A DNA stretch of 39,680 nt from a virus (lineage: Duplodnaviria > Heunggongvirae > Uroviricota > Caudoviricetes): the IMG/VR virus record IMGVR_UViG_650377934_000001. One strand, given 5' to 3'. The stretch's first letter is position 1, and every line of letters starts with the position of its first letter. Of this stretch, positions 1 through 9,465 are shown piece by piece. The position numbers were made by a program, and so were the translations under genes. The notes beneath the pieces are model-generated. The model was given only the letters and a program-made list of their open reading frames with translations, was not told where the DNA came from and did not search any database.

Positions 1-396
1 ATGAAAACGGTCATCACCTTCGGCACCTTCGATGTGTTTCATGTCGGTCATCTGCGCCTTTTACAACGCGCCCGCGCATTGGGCGAGCGGCTGCTGGTCG
101 GCGTATCGTCCGACGCCCTGAACATCGCCAAAAAGGGCAGGGCACCGGTTTACCATCAGGATGACCGCATGGCGATCATCGCCGGGCTGGCGTGCGTGGA
201 TGGCGTATTTCTGGAAGAGTCGCTGGAGCAAAAAGCGGAGTATTTGCGCGGGTACAGTGCGGATATTTTAGTGATGGGGGATGACTGGGCAGGGAAGTTT
301 GACAGCTTTGCGTATATTTGTGAGGTGGTCTATTTCCCCCGCACGCCGTCGGTGTCGACGACGGGGATTATTGAGGTGATTAGAGGGCTTTTATAA
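1..396 (+). CDS. tagD: Glycerol-3-phosphate cytidylyltransferase (TagD-type, CDP-glycerol synthesis); host gene
   Basis: 131-aa ORF beginning at window base 1; N-terminal nucleotidyltransferase motif GTFDVFHVGH (HxGH) plus MGDDWAGKFD and CEVVYFPRTPSVSTT blocks that I recognise as typical of TagD-family enzymes; stop TAA 394-396. Confidence 0.8.
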   Translation: MKTVITFGTFDVFHVGHLRLLQRARALGERLLVGVSSDALNIAKKGRAPVYHQDDRMAIIAGLACVDGVFLEESLEQKAEYLRGYSADILVMGDDWAGKFDSFAYICEVVYFPRTPSVSTTGIIEVIRGLL

Positions 397-435
397 AGTA
401 CTAAAACAGAGATGTATTTTCTTGCCGGATGCGGC
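397..435. repeat. Host intergenic REP/BIME-like palindromic unit, left part (interrupted by prophage)
   Basis: ...GCCGGATGCGGC at 424-435 continues across the prophage into GTAAACGCCTTATCCGGCCTAC at 37158-37179, forming a canonical REP-type imperfect palindrome. Confidence 0.6.
431..435. repeat. Target-site duplication, left copy (GCGGC)
   Basis: Identical pentamer GCGGC directly abuts both prophage termini (431-435 and 37153-37157). Confidence 0.9.
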
Positions 436-520
436 TGAAGCGGCGCACGAAAAACGCGAAAGCGTTTCACGATAAATGCGAAAACTTTAGCTTTCGCGCT
501 TCAAATGAAACAGATGTATT
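436..520. other. Mu right end (attR) with transposase-binding repeats
   Basis: TGAAGCGGCGCACGAAAAACGCGAAAGCGTTTCACGATAAATGCGAAAAC followed by an inverted GCTTTCGCG copy; repeated CGAAA(A/G) motifs as in the left end. Confidence 0.8.
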
Positions 521-550
521 AATTACTGCTTTTTATTCATTACATGGGGA

Positions 551-1276
551 TCACTTAGGGTATGGCTGAACCTTGAATAGTTTGGTATTTAGCCGCTTCC
601 TTGCTCGTTTGTTCAGGAATCTGATGTAGCGATACTGATTAAATTTGTGTACCACGGCACGCTCTTTATTAGCCCGTAAATACACGCCTCGTTGTCCACC
701 TCGCTTAATCGCGTTCATCGTTATCTCGTGATACCACTCACCATCCAGCTCGTAGAACGTACTTTCATGACTGCCAATAAAATCAAAATTCGACGCCTGA
801 TACACAACGCCTGCGCGTCCGCAGCGTTCATCTGCAAAGGACTGAACCCACTCCACTGACGGATACAGTAATCTGATAACTTTCAGCGCGTAGCTGATGG
901 CCCGTGATTCAGAGTTGCGGGGCATGTCGTCGTGTAGCCACATGCGGTTCAACTCCATATAGCCCCGGTTATCCGTTTCAAGCACGACACGACGACCTGA
1001 GTTGGGGTTAAGGGCATATCCCCACTGGAGAACGCCAACCAGATCGCGTCCGCTGAATACCCCCAGGTGAAGGTAAGAGTTATTCACAAAACGGCGGGAA
1101 TAGTGCTTTGTCTGAATAATTGTGCGGGCCAGCCAGCAGGATATGGTTTCAACGCGCAGCTCCTTTGAACCATAGCCAACAATCTGGCCTTCATACTCAA
1201 TAACGCACGGTTTCGTCAGAATGCGTGATTTTTTCTCTTTTCCCACAATGTTTCTCCGTGGGATGCTCGCAGGCAT
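551..1276 (-). CDS. mom: Mom DNA-modification protein (adenine modification, anti-restriction)
   Basis: 241-aa ORF; last gene before the right end; 5' end overlapped by com. Confidence 0.85.
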   Translation of the reverse strand: MPASIPRRNIVGKEKKSRILTKPCVIEYEGQIVGYGSKELRVETISCWLARTIIQTKHYSRRFVNNSYLHLGVFSGRDLVGVLQWGYALNPNSGRRVVLETDNRGYMELNRMWLHDDMPRNSESRAISYALKVIRLLYPSVEWVQSFADERCGRAGVVYQASNFDFIGSHESTFYELDGEWYHEITMNAIKRGGQRGVYLRANKERAVVHKFNQYRYIRFLNKRARKRLNTKLFKVQPYPK

Positions 1277-1385
1277 TCAGCATTATGATGTGACGTTTGC
1301 AACGCGGACACCTGATTTCAATGTGATCAAAGGAATCCGCCTTAAATAACAGTTTGTTGCAGTTTTTACAGCGAATTGATTTCAT
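1197..1385 (-). CDS. com: Com, zinc-finger translational activator of mom
   Basis: 62-aa ORF with CKNC...CPRC zinc ribbon; overlaps mom start by 80 nt; AAGGAGG Shine-Dalgarno just upstream. Confidence 0.85.
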   Translation of the reverse strand: MKSIRCKNCNKLLFKADSFDHIEIRCPRCKRHIIMLNACEHPTEKHCGKREKITHSDETVRY

Positions 1386-1494
1386 CTCACCTCCTTTGCA
1401 TCAATTCGCCACTATCTTAAAAAACATCATGGGTTGAGTGTGGTTATTGGGGCATAATCGATCTGTATTACCGATCGATTTAATTGATTCGATC
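1386..1494 (-). promoter_or_regulatory. mom operon promoter/regulatory region with three clustered GATC (Dam) sites
   Basis: GATC at 1460-1463, 1473-1476 and 1491-1494 within 35 bp, upstream of com; the third lies in the last codons of gin. Confidence 0.7.
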
Positions 1495-2061
1495 GTCGTT
1501 TTCTATATGCGCTCGTTTCGCGGGGTGTTTTTTATACAGAGTTGACAGGGCCACATCGTAGATCAATGCAACCTGCTTGCGGGGGATTCCTTGTGCTAAT
1601 AAACGCCCGGCCTGCTCCCATTCCGCTTTGGTTAGTTTAGGTGGTCGCCCACCAATACGGCCTTTATTTCTGGCGGCAGCAAGTCCAGCCATCGTTCGCT
1701 CGATAATTAGTTCTCGTTCCATTTCAGCCAGGGCACCCATAACGTGGAAGAAAAAACGCCCCATTGGAGATGACGTATCAATACTGTCAGTAAGACTGCG
1801 AAAATTAATCCCTCGCTCTCGTAATTCCCCTACGAGAGAAATCAAATGTTTCATGCTTCGCCCGAGGCGATCCAGTTTCCAGACAACCAGTGTGTCACCT
1901 TTTTGAAGGCGCTTTAAAGCGCGTTTTAATCCCGGTCGGTCTGTCCTTGTTCCGCTTAATTTATCTTCAAATATTTGTTCACATCCTGCACAAACAAGAG
2001 CGTTTCGTTGCAGGTCTGTATTCTGGTCATTTGTTGATACCCTTACATAGCCAATCAGCAC
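1480..2061 (-). CDS. gin: Gin DNA invertase (serine recombinase)
   Basis: Resolvase-type N-terminus (L)IGYVRVSTNDQ with catalytic Ser, C-terminal HTH; probable GTG start at 2061 giving 193 aa (longest ORF extends to 2088); lies immediately outside the 34-bp inverted repeat. Confidence 0.9.
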   Translation of the reverse strand: MLIGYVRVSTNDQNTDLQRNALVCAGCEQIFEDKLSGTRTDRPGLKRALKRLQKGDTLVVWKLDRLGRSMKHLISLVGELRERGINFRSLTDSIDTSSPMGRFFFHVMGALAEMERELIIERTMAGLAAARNKGRIGGRPPKLTKAEWEQAGRLLAQGIPRKQVALIYDVALSTLYKKHPAKRAHIENDDRIN

Positions 2062-2115
2062 TCTGGATCTCCTGTTTAAAAGCGCCAATCATGCCATGCG
2101 TGCCAAAATCGACCA

Positions 2116-2149
2116 TTATCCAAAACCTCGGTTTACAGGAAACGGTAAA
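2116..2149. repeat. 34-bp inverted repeat (Gin recombination site) bounding the G segment, gin-proximal copy
   Basis: TTATCCAAAACCTCGGTTTACAGGAAACGGTAAA is the exact reverse complement of 5166-5199; identity stops on both sides. Confidence 0.9.
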
Positions 2150-3134
2150 CAGGGCTAGGAACGCCGTGCAAAAGAATGGCGATACCTTGTCCGGTGGGCT
2201 TACTTTTGAAAACGACTCAATCCTTGCCTGGATTCGAAATACTGACTGGGCAAAGATTGGATTTAAAAATGATGCCGACAGCGACACTGATTCATACATG
2301 TGGTTTGAAACAGGCGACAACGGCAATGAATATTTCAAATGGAGAAGCAAACAAAGCACCACAACAAAAGACCTGATGAATCTTAAATGGGATGCTTTGT
2401 CTGTTCTTGTCAATGCCATTGTAAATGGCGAAGTCATATCAAAATCAGCAAACGGCCTCCGTATTGCTTATGGTAATTACGGATTCTTTATTCGTAATGA
2501 TGGTTCAAATACATACTTCATGTTGACAAACTCCGGTGACAACATGGGGACTTATAACGGATTAAGGCCATTATGGATTAATAACGCTACTGGCGCTGTT
2601 TCGATGGGGCGTGGTCTTAATGTTTCAGGGGATACACTTTCAGACCGTTTTGCTATTAACAGCAGTAATGGTATGTGGATTCAGATGCGCGATAACAACG
2701 CTATCTTTGGGAAAAATATAGTTAACACTGATAGCGCTCAGGCGTTGCTTCGCCAGAATCACGCCGACCGCAAATTTATGATTGGCGGTCTGGGAAATAA
2801 GCAATTTGGCATCTACATGATTAATAACTCAAGGACAGCCAATGGCACCGATGGTCAGGCGTACATGGATAATAACGGAAACTGGTTATGCGGTGCTCAG
2901 GTCATTCCGGGAAATTACGCCAACTTTGACTCCCGCTACGTGCGTGACGTTCGGCTGGGAACTCAGTCACTGACTGGCGGCTTGTCTCGTGATTACAAGG
3001 CGCCATCCGGTCATGTTATTACAGGTTTTCATACCAATGGCGACTGGGAAATGCAGGGAGGGGATGACAAGGTTTATATCCGTCCGGTTCAGAAGAATAT
3101 CAACGGTACCTGGTATAATGTAGCGAGCGCCTGA
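2116..3134 (+). CDS. Silent alternative tail-fibre variable cassette (S' variable part), currently not fused to the constant S region
   Basis: Reading frame runs through the inverted repeat and encodes the same [11 protein letters not shown] junction peptide as S; the part of ORF 1890..3134 upstream of 2116 is antisense to gin and not genic. Confidence 0.75.
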
Positions 3135-3136
3135 TT

Positions 3137-3664
3137 ATGATGCATCTGAAAAACATTAAGTCAGAAAATCCAAAAACTAAAGAGCAATATCAGCTAACAA
3201 AGAATTTTGATGTTATCTGGTTATGGTCCGAAGACGGGAAAAACTGGTATGAAGAAGTAAATAACTTTCAGGACGACACCATAAAGATTGTATACGACGA
3301 AAATAATATTATTGTTGCCATAACCAAAGATGCCTCAACGCTTAATCCCGAAGGCTTTAGCGTCGTTGAGATTCCAGATATAACAGCCAACCGCCGCGCT
3401 GATGATTCAGGAAAGTGGATGTTTAAGGATGGAGCTGTAGTTAAACGGATTTATACGGCAGACGAACAGCAACAACAAGCCGAATCACAAAAGGCCGCAT
3501 TGCTTTCCGAAGCTGAATCAGTCATCCAGCCGCTGGAACGCGCTGTCAGGCTGAATATGGCGACGGATGAGGAACGCGCACGACTGGAGTCATGGGAACG
3601 CTACAGTGTTCTGGTCAGCCGTGTGGATACGGCAAATCCCGAATGGCCACAAAAGCCTGAATAA
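3137..3664 (+). CDS. Alternative tail-fibre assembly protein (U'), silent cassette
   Basis: 175-aa ORF, clear paralogue of U ([21 protein letters not shown]...DGKNWYEE shared N-terminus); convergent with U. Confidence 0.8.
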   Translation: MMHLKNIKSENPKTKEQYQLTKNFDVIWLWSEDGKNWYEEVNNFQDDTIKIVYDENNIIVAITKDASTLNPEGFSVVEIPDITANRRADDSGKWMFKDGAVVKRIYTADEQQQQAESQKAALLSEAESVIQPLERAVRLNMATDEERARLESWERYSVLVSRVDTANPEWPQKPE

Positions 3665-3669
3665 AAATT

Positions 3670-3689
3670 AAGGCCCGATAGCGGGCCTT
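3670..3689. terminator. Palindromic hairpin between the convergent U and U' stops (probable bidirectional terminator at the midpoint of the G segment)
   Basis: AAGGCCCG-ATAG-CGGGCCTT perfect 8-bp stem; followed by a T-run on the - strand (AATTTTTAT). Confidence 0.55.
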
Positions 3690-3692
3690 CTC

Positions 3693-4226
3693 TCATTCTG
3701 GTTGTTCTGGAAACGTTACTGGCAGGCTGGAGGTGTCTGTGGATTCGACCTTCTGCGCGTAGAGCATCCACTCTGTTAATTTTTGTTTATTCTCGTCGGA
3801 AATGATGCCCAGCCGTAGCTGTGAGTCCCATAGCTGTGTTTTATCCCTGACGAGCTGTAGCAGGCTTTGCTTTTCATTTTCCGCTTGTTGCCTCTGCTCT
3901 TCCTCGGTATAAGTTCGCTTTATCACTACACCATCTTTGAACATCCATTTACCCGAAATATCAGCCCGGCGATTTGCTGTAATATCAGGAACCTCAACGA
4001 CGTTTGCGCCTTCTGGATTAATTGCTGAAACATCCTTTTCAATACAAATAATAACGCCGTTGTGGTCATAGACCATTTTCAACGTATCAGGCTGAAAGTT
4101 CTTTTGTTCCTCATACCAGTTTTTCCCATCCTCTGTATAAAGCCATTTGATGTTAAATTGTTTCGTTAGCTGGTATTGCTCTTTTGTTTTAGGGTTGCCA
4201 GCAGTAATATTTTTTAAGTGCATCAT
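3693..4226 (-). CDS. U: Tail-fibre assembly protein U (expressed orientation)
   Basis: 177-aa ORF directly downstream of S on the late-operon strand; paralogue of U'. Confidence 0.8.
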   Translation of the reverse strand: MMHLKNITAGNPKTKEQYQLTKQFNIKWLYTEDGKNWYEEQKNFQPDTLKMVYDHNGVIICIEKDVSAINPEGANVVEVPDITANRRADISGKWMFKDGVVIKRTYTEEEQRQQAENEKQSLLQLVRDKTQLWDSQLRLGIISDENKQKLTEWMLYAQKVESTDTSSLPVTFPEQPE

Positions 4227-4228
4227 AA

Positions 4229-5695
4229 TTAAATACTCCCCGCGTTATACCACGTTCCATTAATGCAATACTGAATTGGCCTTGCCTGAGTTGTATCAAT
4301 TAATTCATCACGGTTTCCGTTAACTGAACCCGTAACGACATAACCTGACCTGTCAGACCAGCCGGGACCATTCCATGTCTGAACAGATGACAGACCGCCA
4401 AGACGAATACCTGTAATAAACCTTGAGTTACATTCTGCCTGCGTATATGCACCAACATCTCCCGCTGATGGCTTACGTGTTGTGGTGTAAATTTCTGACC
4501 AGTCAGCTTCGAATCCGTAACCATCACGCGCTGAACGATAAAAAATACCGCCGTTCCTGTAATTCACACGGAACTGTACGGCAGGGCAACTCCCCGTATT
4601 CATATTGAAGTGGAGGATTAATGTCGATGCGCCACCAATATTTGCGTTATAGACCCCGCTATTCCAGTTCCAGCCAACAGCTTTATCATTTCCGACAGTG
4701 CTTCCTGTTTGTCCTAAAGCAAATGCAGGCTGCTGGTTTTTCGTGTTGTAGTCTCGTCGCCAGCCAGGAGCATAAGCATCACCATGATTAATATAAGTGA
4801 ATTGAGCGTTAGTGATTCCGCCGCCGCTGGACGTACTCGGCGTAGTAACGCGTATGGTCATTGCGCCGCGAGTGCCAATAACTTCCACCACAGCACCTGC
4901 AAGACAAATATTTCCGCAACCTGTATCTGTAATGACCTTATTGTTTGCATAAGCCCATGAGCCTTTGCACATCCAGTAAGGATGGTTAAATGCCCCCTGA
5001 CTCTCCAGCCACGAAATAAATTGTGCGGTTGTCCAGACCTGACTATCGCCACCAATATTCAGCCATGCGCTATATGCGCGACAGGCCCCAATATTTTTGG
5101 TGAAGGTATCTTTTCCTGGAATATCTGCGCCGTTCTGGTTTTGCTGTAATGCGCCAGAAGCCTGATTTACCGTTTCCTGTAAACCGAGGTTTTGGATAAA
5201 CAGCGGCTTATTGGGAATATCTGCTCCGTTCCGGTCTTTTGCCAGACGGGCATTGGCATTATCCATTGCAATTTTCACCGCTTTTGCGGTGGCTGCCAGC
5301 GTTTCACTGGGGCTGTCAGTGGCACTGGTTAGCTGAACGAGTCCTTTTTTGTTCAGGCTGGCATCATAGATATCCAGATTTTCACGTGCTGTACGCTGTG
5401 CTGATGCCCCGGCAGTTTTAATTTCGCTGAGGTTATTTTTTATCAGCAGCGCGTTATTGCTCATAATGGCTTTAATGGACAGTGCAAGCTGGTTTAATTT
5501 TGTTTTATCCGGTTGAATACCGGCTTCTTCCAGCGTGTTTAATAACTCCGCCTGCACAATATTAAACCAGTCCATGCCGGGCCATGTGATAACATTATTC
5601 CCGTCACCTTCTGAAAACCAGCGAACGATAGCACTACGCTGGGCGGATACGGGCGGCATGACGGTTACGCCGCTGTCGTTATCAATATAAAACAT
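4229..5695 (-). CDS. S: Tail-fibre protein S (constant part 5200..5695 fused in-frame to the variable part inside the G segment)
   Basis: 488-aa ORF spanning the inverted repeat at 5166-5199; start overlaps the stop of the upstream baseplate gene (ATGA). Confidence 0.85.
   Translation of the reverse strand: MFYIDNDSGVTVMPPVSAQRSAIVRWFSEGDGNNVITWPGMDWFNIVQAELLNTLEEAGIQPDKTKLNQLALSIKAIMSNNALLIKNNLSEIKTAGASAQRTARENLDIYDASLNKKGLVQLTSATDSPSETLAATAKAVKIAMDNANARLAKDRNGADIPNKPLFIQNLGLQETVNQASGALQQNQNGADIPGKDTFTKNIGACRAYSAWLNIGGDSQVWTTAQFISWLESQGAFNHPYWMCKGSWAYANNKVITDTGCGNICLAGAVVEVIGTRGAMTIRVTTPSTSSGGGITNAQFTYINHGDAYAPGWRRDYNTKNQQPAFALGQTGSTVGNDKAVGWNWNSGVYNANIGGASTLILHFNMNTGSCPAVQFRVNYRNGGIFYRSARDGYGFEADWSEIYTTTRKPSAGDVGAYTQAECNSRFITGIRLGGLSSVQTWNGPGWSDRSGYVVTGSVNGNRDELIDTTQARPIQYCINGTWYNAGSI
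5166..5199. repeat. 34-bp inverted repeat (Gin recombination site) bounding the G segment, S-proximal copy, inside the S coding sequence
   Basis: TTTACCGTTTCCTGTAAACCGAGGTTTTGGATAA = reverse complement of 2116-2149. Confidence 0.9.
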
Positions 5696-6237
5696 TAGTT
5701 ATCTCCGTCATGGTAAACAAATTTATAAATCTGATGCGCGGGTTTATATTTCTCCAGTAAACATTCCAGCGCACCCGATTCATAAACACGTAACGGCGTC
5801 AGAACATTATCCAGCACCGTTGCGTTGCGATAATTTTTAATACCGTAAATATTGACCTGCGTAACCCACTGGCCTTCTGTGGAATCCGTCAGCCTGACGG
5901 TAAAACCGTACTGCGCAGCCAGCCATTCATAAAAGCGCCGACTCAGATTGCCGGTCATACGCATTTTATTCGCGGCAGCCCGCTGGCGTTCGGACAGGGT
6001 GCCGTTTTCGCTGGTACAGTCCGGCAACCCCAGAAATGATTCCCACTCCCCCAGATACCAGCGGGATGTGGACGGGAAACGCTCCCGCAGCATTTGCCGC
6101 GCATCATCCGCCGCAGTGGCAATCACGTCGCTGATGGCCTGCGCCAGCGCAGATAATTTGCTGTCGGGGCTTTTATTCCAGGCAAGCCCTGACGGCAGTA
6201 ATTGCAGAAAGGCCGTCTGCCAGGGTGTTACAGCCAT
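5695..6237 (-). CDS. Baseplate/tail protein (Mu gp48-like, P2 gpI-like)
   Basis: 180-aa ORF in baseplate block, coupled to neighbours. Confidence 0.65.
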   Translation of the reverse strand: MAVTPWQTAFLQLLPSGLAWNKSPDSKLSALAQAISDVIATAADDARQMLRERFPSTSRWYLGEWESFLGLPDCTSENGTLSERQRAAANKMRMTGNLSRRFYEWLAAQYGFTVRLTDSTEGQWVTQVNIYGIKNYRNATVLDNVLTPLRVYESGALECLLEKYKPAHQIYKFVYHDGDN

Positions 6238-7310
6238 TCAATTGTCCCCGCTGTTAAGAGTTCCGTATTCTCCGAACGCTGGATCTCTGTCGGGAAACGC
6301 ACTTCAAAATCATCCAGACCGGTAACACCTGCCACCGCACGGATAATACGGGAGGGGGCAAGTGCGCCGCCCGGCATCACCTCATTAAAAAACATGGTAT
6401 TAATGGCGTTGGTAATAGCCTGTTTCAGTTCGGCTGTCTTCGGTGATATATAAATCCGTGGATTTACCGGCTTTGCCTTTGGCGCAAATACCGTGACATT
6501 TACACCGTCAGGCTGTCCGACAATCAGACCAGTGATCGGGTCAGTATGACCGGCGATATAATCCGCCACGCGTTCCACGTCTGCCGGTTGCGGAAAAATA
6601 TTGCTCCGGTTATCCATAACAAACGTCACCCCGACTGTGCCACCGCCTTTCCATGTCGGAAAACACCAGGCACGGGTAACACCGCTGACTTCACGTGCCC
6701 AGCGAACGTAATCAAACTGATTACCGCCGAACGGAGGATACTGGACACGATATTCCAGCCGTGACAGCAGCTCCGCTGCACTCTCAATATCAGCTCCACC
6801 GGAAAACCCTTTTACAGTGATGGCATCGGAAACAACACAGGCAACCGGGGTGATCAACGTTAAAAGGGTATTCTCACCGGTATTTCCTGCTTCACCGGCA
6901 GCCAGTGCGGTAACGGTAATTTCCGTCGTTCCTGCACGGTCAATCACAATGGTATCAGCCAGGCTGTAAACCACACCATCAGCACGCTGCCAGCGTGTAC
7001 CGGCAGGAATGGTGGTCGCTGCCGATGTGGTGACAGTCAGCGGGCCGCTGGCGGCTGTCGCCTGTTTGCGGCGCACGCCCCAGAACCGGCAGTGCTCCAG
7101 CAACTCATCTTCATCTGCTGTCGACGGGATAATCTGCCGTCCAACCCATGAAATATGCTCGTGACAACCGGCAGCAAGGCCCGCCTGAGCATAAGCAATG
7201 GCACTCAGCGTTTTTTCACGGGCCTGAGGCCAGCTACCCGGCAGGCGCTGTTCAATATTCTGTTCTGTACGGGCAATCAGCGATGATAATGTCGGTGGTG
7301 AATAAGCCAT
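6228..7310 (-). CDS. Baseplate wedge protein (baseplate J-like, Mu gp47-like)
   Basis: 360-aa ORF, position and size typical of baseplate J family. Confidence 0.7.
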   Translation of the reverse strand: MAYSPPTLSSLIARTEQNIEQRLPGSWPQAREKTLSAIAYAQAGLAAGCHEHISWVGRQIIPSTADEDELLEHCRFWGVRRKQATAASGPLTVTTSAATTIPAGTRWQRADGVVYSLADTIVIDRAGTTEITVTALAAGEAGNTGENTLLTLITPVACVVSDAITVKGFSGGADIESAAELLSRLEYRVQYPPFGGNQFDYVRWAREVSGVTRAWCFPTWKGGGTVGVTFVMDNRSNIFPQPADVERVADYIAGHTDPITGLIVGQPDGVNVTVFAPKAKPVNPRIYISPKTAELKQAITNAINTMFFNEVMPGGALAPSRIIRAVAGVTGLDDFEVRFPTEIQRSENTELLTAGTIEWL

Positions 7311-7748
7311 TTAAACCCCGTTAAATGCTGCTTTAAACTCATAAGGAATAACGGAACCATCCGGTAATGTCAGTGCAATGTAGAGGTATAACCAGCCCTG
7401 ATGTAACTGTTCCGCTCTGACGTTAATCGCACTTACCCGGCCCGCTGTTTTCAGCCATTCCAGCGCCTCTTCGGCATACCCTCTGGCGCGTTCCAGCGTA
7501 TCCGGCGTGGCTTTTTCACGTGATAACAGCCACAACCGCGAACCGATGGGGCGGTCGCGGTAACTGTCACCCCACCATCCACGGCGATCATCTGAACCAT
7601 CCGGCAGCGTGTCAGAATCCAGCGCGCGCCGGTCGGTAAACAGGGAGATTGTCACATCGGTTGTCAGGCTGTCGTCGGTCAGCATATCAATACCATCCTG
7701 CGCAATATCGCCGCGTCCGTTCGTCCAGATAATGGCTAAATCGGTCAT
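7311..7748 (-). CDS. Baseplate protein (gp25/GPW-like, Mu gp46-like)
   Basis: 145-aa ORF in conserved baseplate order. Confidence 0.65.
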   Translation of the reverse strand: MTDLAIIWTNGRGDIAQDGIDMLTDDSLTTDVTISLFTDRRALDSDTLPDGSDDRRGWWGDSYRDRPIGSRLWLLSREKATPDTLERARGYAEEALEWLKTAGRVSAINVRAEQLHQGWLYLYIALTLPDGSVIPYEFKAAFNGV

Positions 7749-8338
7749 TGCATCGGCCCTGTGGTTCCGCCGCTGTCGCCACGGTGGATATGCTTATCCG
7801 TCGATTTGCCATTGATGATGGCATCCGGGGCAGTAATATTGCTGTCGAACTGGCTTTTACCTTTAACGCCCAGACCTTTCTGGATCTCAACGTCGCCGGT
7901 AAACGTGGTTCTGGGTGTGTCAACGGTCATACTTTCATCAGCGTAAACCTCAACCGTTTTACAGGTAATGATGCAGCGTCCGTCCTTTGTCAGCCTGATA
8001 CGATGCCCCTCGTGGTGGTAAATGCCTGCATCACCCGGTTCAAGATTTGTCGGGCGGTAGCGGCGGTCTTCCACCACAACAGCAATCCCCTGATCACGTT
8101 GTGCGCCTACACAGGCAATCAGCGCCTCTGCGCCCGGCAGGGGAACGCTGAAATGCCCGTAATTTTGCAGGCGCTCCACTTCATCGGATTCCTCATCATC
8201 CAGCAGACCGACCTGCAGGTTCTGAACCTTTCGCCCGTCGTTAATCACGTTAACAACAGCGCGCGCAAGCATCAGGCGCACACGACGCATCAGCGGCGTC
8301 AGCAGGCGGTTCAAGGCGGAATCATTTACTCTTTCCAC
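7745..8338 (-). CDS. Baseplate central spike / puncturing device (Mu gp45-like)
   Basis: 197-aa ORF following the hub gene. Confidence 0.65.
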   Translation of the reverse strand: MERVNDSALNRLLTPLMRRVRLMLARAVVNVINDGRKVQNLQVGLLDDEESDEVERLQNYGHFSVPLPGAEALIACVGAQRDQGIAVVVEDRRYRPTNLEPGDAGIYHHEGHRIRLTKDGRCIITCKTVEVYADESMTVDTPRTTFTGDVEIQKGLGVKGKSQFDSNITAPDAIINGKSTDKHIHRGDSGGTTGPMQ

Positions 8339-9465
8339 GGCGGCGTTTTCTCCGGGTGTCTGCGATAATAATCTTCAACCAGCGCATCAATACCGCCGTT
8401 ACTGTCGCCGCCTTTCCTGTTTTTACGGTCGCTTTCAACCGGCACCAGAAAGCCTTCGCGTGGTGCAAGGCTGACGCGGGTTTTCAGCCCGTCCTGGTCA
8501 TTCAGTATCAGGGTGACTTTGCTGACCAGTAATTCCGTGGTTTTGATGGCATATTTCGAGGCATCAATAGTGACCAGCAGGTTCGGCATCCAGAGTTGCC
8601 CGTCCTTGCGAGTCCATCCGTCAATTTCTGCCTCAAAGGTGATGGATTTTGCCAGTCTGCGGCGTTGCTCACGCAGGGCGCGGGCCTGTGCATCCTTCGC
8701 CGTAATCTTGCTGTCAGCAATGATGATCATCGGTCTGTAACGGGTCACATCACTGTCAGTGGCGGTCCCTTTCCGGGATACGATACTTTTCGCATCAATA
8801 TCATCACCCTCAGCACCATTTGCGCGGGCATACCCCTTGACGGTGTATTCGCTGAACCGGTCGCGGAAGTCTTCCTCAAAATCCAGTGTCAGCAGATTTT
8901 CTCCGAGAACCAGCTCATCAGTGGCTGTGCTGGCAGCCCGGCTGAATACCAGCTCTCCGGCGGCATTGCTGGTCATCAGTACACCGCGTGCGCGGGAGGC
9001 ACGCACCAGCGCCTCATAAACGGTTTCTGAATGGTCCAGCGTGAAGCCGGGAAAAGCTGCCGAACTTTCCTTATCGGAAAGCTCCCAGCGAACGGTAACG
9101 CCATAAGGAGCGCACAGGTCACGCGCAATCTGCTCCAGTGTGCGGTTTTTCCACTGTCCGCCACTGTAAACGGCAGCACAGTCAATCAGGTCAGCCGTTT
9201 TGTCACGTCCGGCGACAGTGATTTTCATACTGTCAGCGGTCATCTGGCGTCGCCGTGAATCGATATAACCGGTGCAGACAATCTGCCCCCCGATTTCCAG
9301 CGTGAACTTCTTCCCCGGAGCCAGCCCGGATAAATCCGTGCCCGGTGGCACGTTCACCCCCAGCTCAAAATATCCGGCTACGGATTCAATCGAGCGGGTG
9401 ACAGAGACTGACGTCCAGCCGGTAAACAGCCTGCCATCCGCTCGCAGTGTGACGGTATTACTCAT
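8326..9465 (-). CDS. Baseplate hub protein (Mu gp44-like)
   Basis: 379-aa ORF, size and position match the Mu baseplate hub. Confidence 0.7.

Noticed and set aside
551-1385. Small overlapping gene pair at the prophage end considered as a toxin-antitoxin module
   Set aside because: The upstream partner is a zinc-ribbon protein whose gene overlaps the downstream gene by 80 nt, which is the com-mom arrangement of Mu rather than a TA system.
1890-2115. 5' extension of the S' ORF upstream of the inverted repeat
   Set aside because: This part is antisense to gin and exists only because the frame stays open; the functional cassette begins at the inverted repeat, where it would be fused to constant-S after inversion.
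2027-2437. 136-aa - strand ORF overlapping the gin-proximal inverted repeat
   Set aside because: Antisense to the silent S' cassette, crosses the recombination site and would be disrupted on inversion; no ribosome-binding site.
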